DNA of 32,000 nucleotides from Gemmata obscuriglobus (GCF_008065095.1 NZ_CP042911.1:8100001-8132000), one strand, 5' to 3'; positions 1 to 8,769 are shown, counted from the stretch's first letter. Notes: generated by a model from the sequence alone, not told the origin. Numbers and translations: made by a program.

Positions 1-187
1 CGCCGTTGCGGACGACGTGAGCCCACCGGAACTCCGCGCGTAGCGCGGGCGTCGGGTCGGGTTCGGACGCGTTGTCGACCAGGACCACGTTCGCGGCCGG
101 CGACAGGTCGGCCAGCGACCGCAGGCACTTCCGCGTGTCGTCGAGGCCGTTGTAGTTGACCGGCACGATCCACACGTTCGGCGTCAC
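1..187 (-). CDS. glycosyltransferase family 2, N-terminal fragment (gene runs off the window start)
   Basis: Reverse-strand translation from GTG 187-185 reads VTPNVWIVPVNYNGLDDTRKCLRSLADLSPAANVVLVDNASEPDP..., a typical GT2 N-terminus with the VDNaS acidic motif. The GTG overlaps the upstream stop (TGA 186-184) as GTGA. It is absent from the ORF track because it has no stop inside the window. Confidence 0.7.
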   Translation of the reverse strand, partial: MTPNVWIVPVNYNGLDDTRKCLRSLADLSPAANVVLVDNASEPDPTPALRAEFRWAHVVRNG

Positions 188-1173
188 GCGCGTGTCCCCC
201 CCACGGTCTGCTTCGCCCCGCGCGCACGGCGCGCCAGCGGCCCCGGCATCAGGCACAGTGCCGTCAGCGCCAGCGTGTACGGCCGCCAGTCGCCCGCCCG
301 GAGCGACCGCCAGAACCGCTTCCGCGCGGTCGCCGTGTCGCCGCGGTCGTATGCCAGGTACGCGTGCCCGAACAGGTGCGTTCGGAGCTGCTGCTGGATG
401 AACGCGCGGTCCGGCGGCGCGAGGTCGCACTTCACCAGCACGTTGCGAAGCGCCTGAACGAACTCCGCGATCATCTTGTCGTGGTTGCTCGACATGTTGT
501 CGAGGTGCCGGGTGTACTTCGCCAGCGGTTCCGCCATGTACGCCCAGGTGAACCGGTGCGCCATCCGCAGCCACAGCTCCCAGTCGGCCGCGCCGCACAA
601 CGTCGGCTCGAACCGGCCGACCGACTCGAACGCCTCGCGCCGAACGATCGTGGCCCCGATAAAGACCGGGTTGCGAACGGCCATGCGCCGAAAAAACGGC
701 CCGCGGTCCAGAACACGGAACCCGGGCTCGGGCTCTTTGTGCGGGAGGTTGAAGAACGCCTCCTGGCCCGCGGACTCGATCCACGAAACGTACCCCTCCT
801 GCGGGTTGCCCATCCGCGCCTCGGCGAACAGCGCGTCCACCTGGGGGTGCTTGTCGAGAAATTCGACCGCCCGGGCCGCGGCGCCGGGGAGCCACTCGTC
901 GTCGCAGTCGAGGAACCCGACGTACCGGCCGGTGCTGATTTTGAACGCCGCGTTGCGCGCGGTCGCGGGGGTGCCGCTGTTCGGCTGCCACAGGTACTTC
1001 GCGCGCGGGTCGGTTGCCGCCACAACCTCGCGCGTGTCGTCGGTGGAGCCGTCGTCCGCGACGATGACCTCCAGGTCCGGAACGCCGCTCTGCTTGAGCG
1101 TCGTGAGGCAGTCGCGGACGTACCCCGAGCGGTTGAACGTCGGGACGATGACGGTGAGGGCCGGGGCGCTCAT
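184..1173 (-). CDS. glycosyltransferase family 2
   Basis: Track ORF 184..1293 trimmed to ATG 1173-1171 (MSAPALTVIVPTFNRSGYVRDCL...EVIVADDGSTDDT...FLDCDDEW). It has a GT2 fold N-terminus plus DDGS and DxD-type motifs. GAGGAGG lies just upstream, and the ATG overlaps the stop of the upstream gene (ATGA, 1173-1170). Confidence 0.85.
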   Translation of the reverse strand: MSAPALTVIVPTFNRSGYVRDCLTTLKQSGVPDLEVIVADDGSTDDTREVVAATDPRAKYLWQPNSGTPATARNAAFKISTGRYVGFLDCDDEWLPGAAARAVEFLDKHPQVDALFAEARMGNPQEGYVSWIESAGQEAFFNLPHKEPEPGFRVLDRGPFFRRMAVRNPVFIGATIVRREAFESVGRFEPTLCGAADWELWLRMAHRFTWAYMAEPLAKYTRHLDNMSSNHDKMIAEFVQALRNVLVKCDLAPPDRAFIQQQLRTHLFGHAYLAYDRGDTATARKRFWRSLRAGDWRPYTLALTALCLMPGPLARRARGAKQTVGGTRA

Positions 1174-2105
1174 CGGGCCTCCTCGTTTGTGGCCTTCGGT
1201 AGTAACTTCAGCCGCTGCCCGAGCGCGGTGGCCACCGCCCGCACCGGGCTCCCGGTCTGCCACAGGCGCCGCGGCCAGTACGGGGGCACCCACGGGTGGC
1301 CCCGCGCGACCGCCCGGTCGAAGCTCGGCCAGTCGATCTCGCCCGTGGCGTCGAGGTGCCGCACCAGGTGCCCGAGCAGCGTGTTCCCCGCCAAAGCGGC
1401 CGGCCCGGCGAAGAAGTGCAGCAGCTTCGCCCCGCGGGCGTGAACCGGGTGCGCCGCGACCATCGCGTTGTATGCGGTTGGCAGTTCAAGGACGCGCACC
1501 GGGATTTCGGTCGTGTGCAGCGTGTAGTTGAGCGGCAACTGGTCGTCGTGCTCGCCCACCGCGTGCGACTCCCGCAACCGCTCCCGCCATTCCGCGACCA
1601 ACTGGTGCACCGCCGGAACGTCTCGCAGGTACTGAATGCCCGCATTGAAATACCGCCGGAGCGGGCCGCCCCAGCCATGCTTTTGCAGCTTCGGCTCGAT
1701 CCAGTTCGGCGCCGTCGGGTGTACCGGGCGGTGGTGGTTCCGGTCCTGGACCAGGGCCACGTCCCAGTCCGCTCGCTCGAACAGGTCCGCGAACGGGCGC
1801 ACCGGGAGCGTGTCGCCGTCCAGGTACGTCAGGTCGCCCGCGACCAGGCTCCGCACGCGGGTCTTCAGCTCGAAGCTCCGCGCGACCAAGTTGGGCAGGT
1901 CGGCCGCGGCCCAGATCACGCGATCGAACTGCCCCAGCAGCCGGCCGCGGTCGCCGGTCAGGTACGCGCGGCTGTCCTCGTCGCCGATCAGCACCGCCGG
2001 CACGCCGGGCTGCACGCGGCGGAGCGCCCGCACCGACACCTCGACCATTGAGGCGTACGCCCCGCGGCCGTGGTCCACCAGAACGTACACCGCCGTGAAC
2101 GCCAC
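1170..2105 (-). CDS. putative glycosyltransferase, GT8-like nucleotide-diphospho-sugar transferase fold
   Basis: 311-aa ORF with a GTG start at 2105-2103, preceded by GAGGAG (2119-2114) with 8-nt spacing. Motifs LTYLDGDTLPV (DxD) and RRYFNAGIQYL resemble GT8-type enzymes. The family assignment comes from motifs only. Confidence 0.6.
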   Translation of the reverse strand: MAFTAVYVLVDHGRGAYASMVEVSVRALRRVQPGVPAVLIGDEDSRAYLTGDRGRLLGQFDRVIWAAADLPNLVARSFELKTRVRSLVAGDLTYLDGDTLPVRPFADLFERADWDVALVQDRNHHRPVHPTAPNWIEPKLQKHGWGGPLRRYFNAGIQYLRDVPAVHQLVAEWRERLRESHAVGEHDDQLPLNYTLHTTEIPVRVLELPTAYNAMVAAHPVHARGAKLLHFFAGPAALAGNTLLGHLVRHLDATGEIDWPSFDRAVARGHPWVPPYWPRRLWQTGSPVRAVATALGQRLKLLPKATNEEAR

Positions 2106-2117
2106 CGCTGTTGCTCC

Positions 2118-3302
2118 TCACGAATCGCCGGTGAGCGGGCGCAGCAGCGCCCGAAACCGGCTCACGAACCGCTCGCGCCCGAACTCTTCCGCCCGCGCCC
2201 GGGCAGACCGCGCGAGCCGCTCACGGAGCGGCTCATCGCCCGCCAGTTCGATGGCGCGGTCGCCCAACTCGCTCACCGCACCACACAGGAAGCCGTCCGC
2301 GCCGTGGCGCACGATCTCGGGTTGCCCGCCGCGGTCGGGCACCAGCGGCACGCACCCGGCGGCCATCGCTTCCACCGTCGCAATGCCAAAGTGCTCCACC
2401 GCGAACGGGTCGGCCTGTGCGTCGATGCCCAGACCGGTCGCGTGCCAGAACAGCTTCGCCGCGGCCAGTTCCGCGGCCAGTTGTTCGCGCGTCGCGTCGG
2501 TCACGAACCGCACCGGCGCGCCCCCGACTTCCGCCCACGCGTGCTCAAAGTACCCGCGGTCCGGCTCGGACGTACCAACGGACCCGACGCACACCAGCTC
2601 CCACTCGGGCAGCCGGGGGACGACCCGTTCCCGGAAGAGCCGCACGAGGTCCGCCTGACGCTTGTTGGGCGCGAACCGGCCCAGGACCACGATCCGGTTT
2701 TGCTTCGCCGCCGCGGCCCGCTCGGGCAGCACGACCGGCGGGTAGAGCACGTCCGCCGCGACGCCCCAATACTGTTGCGTCCAGTCCGCGGAGAACTGTG
2801 AGTCGGCGAGCCGCACCGGGTACCCGGCGAACCGCTCGCGCCACATCCGGTCGTGAAGCAACCGAACAACCCGCTGCTTGACGGCGCCCAGCCCGCGGGC
2901 CGGTGGCGCGTTCCACGGCCAGAACTTCGCGCGGTCAGGCCCCGGAAACAGCACGTACAAGACGCCGGGCACGTCCGGGCAGAACGGCGGCAGGTTGTGC
3001 GTGGAGGTGACGAACAGGTCGCACCCGCGGACCGCCTCGGCCTTCCACGCGCGGTAGCCGGCCCGCAGCCCCCGAACGGACGCGCCTGCCGGGAACCAGC
3101 CTGCGGTTACGGGCGGCAACTGCCGCAGTTCGACCCCGTCCAGTTCGCACCCGGAGAACGCTTCCAGGCGCGCGCTGGTGAGGGCTTGGTGGTGGTGCAG
3201 TATGCGCACGGTATGGCGCTCGCGCAGCGCCGCGGCCATCGTCGCGACCACCAGCTCCGAACCGCCGATTCCGGCCCCGGCCGGTTCCTGGTAAATGGTC
3301 AC
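2118..3302 (-). CDS. glycosyltransferase family 4 (GT-B fold)
   Basis: Track ORF 2118..3656 trimmed to GTG 3302-3300 (VTIYQEPAGAGIGGSELVV...), which overlaps the upstream TGA (3301-3299) as GTGA. The C-terminal EHFGIATVEAMAAGCVPLV...GGQPEIV is the GT4/GT1 E-x7-E region. The Arg/Gly-rich N-terminal extension in the track overlaps the upstream gene and looks non-coding. Confidence 0.8.
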   Translation of the reverse strand: MTIYQEPAGAGIGGSELVVATMAAALRERHTVRILHHHQALTSARLEAFSGCELDGVELRQLPPVTAGWFPAGASVRGLRAGYRAWKAEAVRGCDLFVTSTHNLPPFCPDVPGVLYVLFPGPDRAKFWPWNAPPARGLGAVKQRVVRLLHDRMWRERFAGYPVRLADSQFSADWTQQYWGVAADVLYPPVVLPERAAAAKQNRIVVLGRFAPNKRQADLVRLFRERVVPRLPEWELVCVGSVGTSEPDRGYFEHAWAEVGGAPVRFVTDATREQLAAELAAAKLFWHATGLGIDAQADPFAVEHFGIATVEAMAAGCVPLVPDRGGQPEIVRHGADGFLCGAVSELGDRAIELAGDEPLRERLARSARARAEEFGRERFVSRFRALLRPLTGDS

Positions 3303-4045
3303 CCGCACGCGCGCGGCTCCAGGCTCCCGCCGCGGACCCACGCGACCACCGCGTTGGCCCCCCGCGCGCCGGGCACCGGGCTGGCGCCGGGGCCGTAGGG
3401 CACCCGCGCCGCCTCGGCGCCGACCTCGTGCCAGTACGGCGACACGGCCGACCGCGCGAACCGGTGGACGGTGACGTCCGGCGGGGTCGGGTGGTCGAAC
3501 AGCACCGCGTCCGCGTACGGCGTGTACCCCACCGGGATCGTGACCAGGAACGCGGCCGCCTCGGCGAACAGCTTGTCCACCGCGCGGCGCAGGGCGGCCG
3601 GGTCCGGGGGCAGCCCGTACTCGCCGCTCCCGACGTGTTCCAGGGTGGACATGCACAGCACCGCCGCCCCGGACATGTCCAGGTCCAGAATGGACGCCCG
3701 CTCGGTCACGCGCGGGTGCGGGTCGGTCGGGTCAACCACCCGCCGCACCCGGCCGGGCCAGTAGTACGGCGTCACCGCCCCGACCTCGACCAGTTTGTCT
3801 TCCGGCACGTGATCGAGCCACCGGTCGGCGAGCGCCAGTTCGATCGTGCGCTCGGTCGCGGTGGCGGCGCGGCCGCCGCAGTTGTGGTGGTGGTAGAAAA
3901 ACGGCACCTCGGCCCCGCCGGCGGTGAACGCGCGGATCGAGCCCGACGACAGTTCGGTCCACTGCCACGTCGGCACGACCGTCACCCCGAGCGGCCGGGC
4001 GGCCCAGTTCACGGCGGCGGCGAGCGCCCCCTTCAGCGATCCCAC
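3299..4045 (-). CDS. hypothetical protein, possible class I methyltransferase-like fold
   Basis: 248-aa ORF with a GTG start 4045-4043, preceded by GAGGTG. LVEVGAV (degenerate motif I), VVDP (acidic end of beta-2) and VLCMSTLEHVG (Methyltransf_11-like motif) suggest a Rossmann MTase fold. The assignment is weak. Confidence 0.45.
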   Translation of the reverse strand: MGSLKGALAAAVNWAARPLGVTVVPTWQWTELSSGSIRAFTAGGAEVPFFYHHHNCGGRAATATERTIELALADRWLDHVPEDKLVEVGAVTPYYWPGRVRRVVDPTDPHPRVTERASILDLDMSGAAVLCMSTLEHVGSGEYGLPPDPAALRRAVDKLFAEAAAFLVTIPVGYTPYADAVLFDHPTPPDVTVHRFARSAVSPYWHEVGAEAARVPYGPGASPVPGARGANAVVAWVRGGSLEPRACG

Positions 4046-4054
4046 GAGACACCT

Positions 4055-5302
4055 CTACCAGGACTTGCTCCAGCGGCACCGCTGGTAAGTGGCGGCCGTC
4101 CGGCCGTCCGGGATGCGGCCCGAGCCGAACACGTCGTCCGCCTCGACCACCAGATCGGCCGCCGGCGTGATGCCGTCCGACAGCCCCTCGGCTTGCAGGT
4201 ACACGTTCACCGCGTAGGTGCCGGCGACCAGGTTGTGGACCGGCACCTCGCCGCACACCCGGCCCGCGGCGGGCGGGTTGTCGAGCAGGTGCGGGTCCTC
4301 GAACGTCGGCGACACGGCCGTCACCTTCACGTTGTACTCGTTCTCCAGCACCACCCCGACGCGCAGGTCCCGCGGCGCGCGGGGCAGCTCGTAGCTCAGC
4401 TCGAACCCGAACCCGCCGGACATCCGGGCCACCGTCGAGGGGGCGCCGCCCGCGGTCAGCGTGAGCCCGGTCAGGATGGGCGTGGAGCCGTTCACCCGCT
4501 GCGGGTGCTCGCGCAGGTCGACCTCCGGCGGGCCGCCGGCGCGGGCGAGCGCCAGGTAGTTCTGCACCTGCTCGGCGGCCGGTCCGAACCCGACGGCCTG
4601 CCCCTGCTGGAGCGTCAGCGCCCGCCGGCACAGGCTTTCGACCTGGGCCAGGTTGTGGCTCACCAGCAGTACGGTGTGCCCGCCCCGGCTCACCGCCCGC
4701 ATCTTCTCGATGCACTTTTTCTGGAACTCCGCGTCCCCGACCGCCAGCACCTCGTCCACGATCAGGATCTCGGGCTCCAGGTGCGCCGCCACCGCAAACG
4801 CCAGCCGCACGTACATGCCCGACGAGTACCGCTTCACGGGCGTGTCGAGGAACCGGTCCACGCCGGCGAACGCCACGATCTCGTCGAACTTCTTCTTCAC
4901 CTCGGCGCGGGCCATCCCGAGCACGCTGCCGTTCAAGAACACGTTCTCGCGGCCGGTCAGTTCCGGGTGGAACCCGGTGCCGACCTCTAGCAGGCTCCCG
5001 ACCCGCCCGCGGATCTCCGCGCGCCCGCCGGTCGGCTCGACGATCCGCGACAGCACCTTCAGCAGCGTGCTCTTGCCCGCCCCGTTGCGGCCGATGACGC
5101 CGACCACCTCGCCGGGCAGCACCTCGAACGAGACGTCCTTGAGCGCCCAGAACTCGTTGGCGCGCGCGGCCGTGCCGCCGCGGAACCGGCCGAACAGCCG
5201 CCCGGCCGCCGCGCGCAGGCTCTCGGTCAGGTTGTTGTCGGCGCGGGCCGCCCCCAGCCGGTACCGCTTCGAGATGTGTTCGACCCGGATCGCCGGTCGC
5301 AT
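4055..5302 (-). CDS. wzt: polysaccharide ABC exporter ATP-binding protein with extra C-terminal domain (Wzt/TagH-like)
   Basis: Walker A GRNGAGKSTLLKVL, signature YSSGMYVRLAFAVA, Walker B ILIVDEVLAVGD, H-loop LVSHN. About 170 further residues follow the NBD (candidate Wzt_C-type glycan-binding domain). GAGG lies 5 nt before ATG 5302. Confidence 0.85.
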   Translation of the reverse strand: MRPAIRVEHISKRYRLGAARADNNLTESLRAAAGRLFGRFRGGTAARANEFWALKDVSFEVLPGEVVGVIGRNGAGKSTLLKVLSRIVEPTGGRAEIRGRVGSLLEVGTGFHPELTGRENVFLNGSVLGMARAEVKKKFDEIVAFAGVDRFLDTPVKRYSSGMYVRLAFAVAAHLEPEILIVDEVLAVGDAEFQKKCIEKMRAVSRGGHTVLLVSHNLAQVESLCRRALTLQQGQAVGFGPAAEQVQNYLALARAGGPPEVDLREHPQRVNGSTPILTGLTLTAGGAPSTVARMSGGFGFELSYELPRAPRDLRVGVVLENEYNVKVTAVSPTFEDPHLLDNPPAAGRVCGEVPVHNLVAGTYAVNVYLQAEGLSDGITPAADLVVEADDVFGSGRIPDGRTAATYQRCRWSKSW

Positions 5303-5309
5303 GGCCGCC

Positions 5310-6212
5310 TCAAATGGTGTCCGCGAACGAGCGCTCGGTGCGCCGGAAGTACGCCAACCCCGCGACCGCGACCGCGGTGCCGACCGCCGCCGACACCGCG
5401 AACGCGTACCAGTCGAACGGGCCGCCCAGCGCCGCCTGGCGGAACGCCGCCACCAGCCCGTGCGCCGGGTTCAGCGGGAGCAGGGCCTGCGCCCGCGGCC
5501 CGAGCGCCTCCGCCGGCACGTACAGGCTCGGGGTGGCGAACATCCACAACTGCACACCGAACCCCAGCACGAACCGGAAGTCCCGCTGGGCCACGATCAG
5601 GGCCGACAGCAGGACCCCGACGCCCGCGGCGCTGACGGCGAGCGCCAGCACGACGAGCGGCAACAGCAGCACCGACCACCCGGGCGCGGCCCCGAACCAC
5701 GCGGCCATCGCCGCGAGCAACAGGGACGCGATCACGAGGTCGAACAGCCCCACCCCGACCGTGCTGAGCGGGATCGCGAGCCGGGGGAAGTAGACCTTGG
5801 TGATGAGCCGCTCGTTCGCCACCACGCTGTTGGCCGCGGAGGTCACGGTGTTCGAGAAGAACGCCCACGCGACCATGCCGGCGAACACGAACAGCGGGTA
5901 GTGCTCCACGCCGGCGCCCACGCCCGCGATGCGGCCCAGGAACAGCGCGAACACGCCCATCGTGGCGAGCGGCTGGGCGACCGCCCACCCGACCCCGAAC
6001 ACCGTCTGCTTGTACCGGATCTTGACGTCGCGCAGGGCCAGGAAGAACAGCAGCTCTCGGTACCGCCACAGCTCGCGCAGGTCGGGCAGCGTGCGCGTGC
6101 CGGGCTCGATCACGGACAGCGGCGGTTCGGCCCCCGGAGCGATCGGAGCCGGCGCCACGGGCGCGTCGCCGGGCGCGGGAGCGGCTTTGGGTTCTGCGTC
6201 GGAAACCACCAT
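5310..6212 (-). CDS. wzm: ABC-2 type polysaccharide exporter permease (Wzm/TagG/KpsM-like)
   Basis: LRELWRYRELLFFLALRDVKIRYKQTVFGVGWAVAQPL is the hallmark ABC-2 N-terminal motif. It is followed by about 6 hydrophobic segments. The gene lies 7 nt upstream of wzt. Confidence 0.85.
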   Translation of the reverse strand: MVVSDAEPKAAPAPGDAPVAPAPIAPGAEPPLSVIEPGTRTLPDLRELWRYRELLFFLALRDVKIRYKQTVFGVGWAVAQPLATMGVFALFLGRIAGVGAGVEHYPLFVFAGMVAWAFFSNTVTSAANSVVANERLITKVYFPRLAIPLSTVGVGLFDLVIASLLLAAMAAWFGAAPGWSVLLLPLVVLALAVSAAGVGVLLSALIVAQRDFRFVLGFGVQLWMFATPSLYVPAEALGPRAQALLPLNPAHGLVAAFRQAALGGPFDWYAFAVSAAVGTAVAVAGLAYFRRTERSFADTI

Positions 6213-6247
6213 GTCCTCTACTTAGCACACGCGACCGGACCTAAACG

Positions 6248-7561
6248 TCAGCGGCGCACCGCTCGTGCGGCGATGAGCCGGCTGACCGCGAGCACGCCTA
6301 GCGCGGCCCCGGCCCCGCCCAGCAGCACGTCCGTGACGCACGGCGTGTGCGTGCCGGTCCACCGCTGCCCGCTCTCGATCAGCGCGGACACGAACAGCCC
6401 CAGCCCGCCCGCCGCAACGGCCGAAACCCGGACGGACCCGGTCGGCCCGCCGCGCCACCGCGGGGGCAGCCGCCACGCGGCCACGATCACCCCCAGCAGC
6501 CCGAACAGTACGAGCTTCGTCAGCAGCTCGCCGAGCGTGAACAGCGGGTCGCCGCTCTCCAGTGGCAGCCCCGGCACCCAGTCGAACGGGCGCGGCGCGT
6601 CCAGCAGTTGCTCCCCGGGCGGCGGCTGCGTTACAGGCGTCAGCGCCGCGAACCACACTACGAACCAGCTCAGGGCGAACGGCACCGCCAGCCCTTCGTC
6701 GTGGACACGCCCGGCGTACCAGCCCGCGACGGCCGCGAGCGCGCCGACGAGTACGTCACTGAGGCTCGGCGTGCGCGACTGCACGACCAGTTGCGCCGCT
6801 TCGAAGCACAGCCCGAGCGCCAGGGCCGCGCCCAGGACGTGAACGATACTCCACCGCTCGACCCGTCCTTTCAGCCGGGCCGCGAGCAGCCCCGCCGGGA
6901 AGTACAGCGCGGCGAGCTTCGCCAGGTCGCCGTACCGCTTCCACTTTTCCGCATCCGACATTTCCTTCAACTCGCCGAACAGCCCGAACCGGGCCGCGGC
7001 GCGGGCCTTGCGGTAGAAGTCCGCCGGGCTGGGGCTGAGGTCGAGCGGCAGCACCTGGATGAGCAACACCAGCCCCAGGTACGCGAGCAGCAGTTGCCCC
7101 GCGGCGTTCACCGCGGACCGGTCCCAGATCGCGCGGGCGCGGGCGGCGAGCGTCTGGCCGAACAGGACCCAGCACCCCACCCCGATCAGCGCCCCCAGGG
7201 TCTGCGCCACGACGTCAGACGCGGAGCAGTTGCGCCCGGGGGTGTAAAGCTGGGCGCACTCGACGGCCGCGGCGAGCAGCGCGCAGGCCGGCACCACCGC
7301 CAGCCCACCGGCCGCGGCCGCCTTGGCCCGCGACCACCCCCGGTCGGCTGCGGCGGAGCCGAGCAGCGCGAACCCGAGCGGCACGGTCAGGAGCACGTTC
7401 GCGATCGCGTCCGACCGCGACACGATCCGCACGCCCGCCGACATGACGCGGACGAAGCTGTCGGTGCGCGGGCCGAAGTGGAACGGCACGAGGCTGCCGT
7501 ACACGACGAACGCGGCCGTCCCGGCCGCGACCCACGCGAGCGCCCGGCGGTTCGGTGTCAA
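6248..7561 (-). CDS. VanZ-like family polytopic membrane protein with three VanZ-type core motifs
   Basis: Track ORF 6248..7783 trimmed to TTG 7561-7559, which overlaps the exosortase stop (TGA 7560-7558) as TTGA and is preceded by AAGGTG. No ATG or GTG is available before the first TM segment. Motifs SDAIANVLLTVPLGFAL and three copies of E-x-x-Q...R/H...[ST]-D-V...G are VanZ-like. The start codon is an inference. Confidence 0.6.
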   Translation of the reverse strand: MTPNRRALAWVAAGTAAFVVYGSLVPFHFGPRTDSFVRVMSAGVRIVSRSDAIANVLLTVPLGFALLGSAAADRGWSRAKAAAAGGLAVVPACALLAAAVECAQLYTPGRNCSASDVVAQTLGALIGVGCWVLFGQTLAARARAIWDRSAVNAAGQLLLAYLGLVLLIQVLPLDLSPSPADFYRKARAAARFGLFGELKEMSDAEKWKRYGDLAKLAALYFPAGLLAARLKGRVERWSIVHVLGAALALGLCFEAAQLVVQSRTPSLSDVLVGALAAVAGWYAGRVHDEGLAVPFALSWFVVWFAALTPVTQPPPGEQLLDAPRPFDWVPGLPLESGDPLFTLGELLTKLVLFGLLGVIVAAWRLPPRWRGGPTGSVRVSAVAAGGLGLFVSALIESGQRWTGTHTPCVTDVLLGGAGAALGVLAVSRLIAARAVRR

Positions 7562-8628
7562 CGGGCACCTTTCGACGCGGGCTGGGCGGCGGGCTTCGGC
7601 GGCGCGGCGGTCCCGCCCTTCTCGGGCGGCAGCGCGGTCATGATCAGGTACGCCGGCCCCAGGGCCGCGTTCGTCTTCACCATGTCCTCGCGGCTGGCCC
7701 GGCCGCCCTCGTCCACGAGCACCCAGTCCAGGAGCTTCAGCTCGCCCCACAGGACGAGCAGCGCCAGGGGCATCATCATCCACCCGGCGAAGTCGTGGAA
7801 CACGCGGTCGCCGAGCTCCTTACCGGCTTCGTTGTACAGCACCCCCGTGAGGGCGATGCGGAGCACGTTCGAGAGCACCGCGACCGGCACCGCCGAGACC
7901 AGGATCAGCACCCGGTCGAGCGCCGGCCGCTTCACGAGGATCGCCATCCCGGTCGCGAGCGCCGCGAACGTGAGCAGCATGCTCAGCCCGCTGCACGCCT
8001 CCTCGACGCGGAGGGTGTGGTCCCGGACGGTCAGGACGATGCCCTCGCGGTAGGTCGCGTACCCGATCGTCTGGAGGACGTACTCGGACGCGACGGACGC
8101 GATCTTCTGCAGCTCCCACCCGAACCGGTGCTCGACCTTGTACGGCAGCGGGAACATGAAAAGGAGGAACGCGGCCGCCGGCCACAGCCACTTGAGCGCC
8201 TTCCACCCGCCGAGCAGCAGCACGGCCCCGCAGACGTTGATCACCAGCGACAGGCCCTGGAGCCACTCCTTCGCGATGTTCAGCGCCCCGGCGAGGACGA
8301 ACAGCGATCCGCCGGCGGCGATGAACGCCAGCCCCCACGGCTCGGGCCACCGGACGCGCTCCGGCGCCCACGCGCGCCAGTGCCACGCCAGGTACGCGGC
8401 GAAAAACGGCACCAGAAAGCCGTGCGAGTAGTCGGGCTTGAGCCACTGCGTGAAGCAGTACTGGAACAGCGCGGCGTACAGGAAGGTCAGCACCCCGACC
8501 AGGGCGAGCATGGTCGCGATCCAGGCGGGCGTGCGGACCACTTCGGCCGCCGGCGCCGACCGCGACGAGTGGGAAGAGGGGCTTGCGGAACTCACGAGGT
8601 CACATCTCCGCGGTGTGCAGGGGCGCAT
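7558..8628 (-). CDS. exosortase family protein (EpsH/Xrt-type transpeptidase)
   Basis: Polytopic membrane protein carrying the exosortase signature residues: YSHGFLVP near the N-terminus, VEEACSGLSML (catalytic Cys), LSNVLRIALTG (Arg) and VFHDFAGW (His). Start is either ATG 8628 or GTG 8595, the latter preceded by GGAG. It has a Pro/Ala/Lys-rich C-terminal tail. Confidence 0.8.
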   Translation of the reverse strand: MRPCTPRRCDLVSSASPSSHSSRSAPAAEVVRTPAWIATMLALVGVLTFLYAALFQYCFTQWLKPDYSHGFLVPFFAAYLAWHWRAWAPERVRWPEPWGLAFIAAGGSLFVLAGALNIAKEWLQGLSLVINVCGAVLLLGGWKALKWLWPAAAFLLFMFPLPYKVEHRFGWELQKIASVASEYVLQTIGYATYREGIVLTVRDHTLRVEEACSGLSMLLTFAALATGMAILVKRPALDRVLILVSAVPVAVLSNVLRIALTGVLYNEAGKELGDRVFHDFAGWMMMPLALLVLWGELKLLDWVLVDEGGRASREDMVKTNAALGPAYLIMTALPPEKGGTAAPPKPAAQPASKGAR

Positions 8629-8769
8629 TCAACTTATACCAGAACCGGCGGCAAATGGTCACCCCGGTCGGGTCACCCGTGTAGCCTAGGACACGCCGAG
8701 CGGTTGCGTTTTCGCGCAAAATTTTCCGCCCGCGGCGCTCCGGCCCCGCACGCATACTAACATTATTGG

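Noticed and set aside
364-1443. 359-aa plus-strand ORF, together with 476..1531 and 471..1025, overlapping the GT2 gene
   Set aside because: These ORFs are antisense or out of frame relative to a gene with clear GT2 motifs. Their translations are Arg/Pro/Ala/Gly-rich low-complexity sequence, typical of shadow ORFs in high-GC DNA.
3428-6842. Very long plus-strand ORFs 3428..4990 (520 aa) and 4653..6842 (729 aa)
   Set aside because: They lie opposite the unmistakable wzt and wzm genes and the MTase-fold gene. Their R/P/G/H-rich or S/P/A/T-rich compositions carry no motifs. They are GC-driven open frames.
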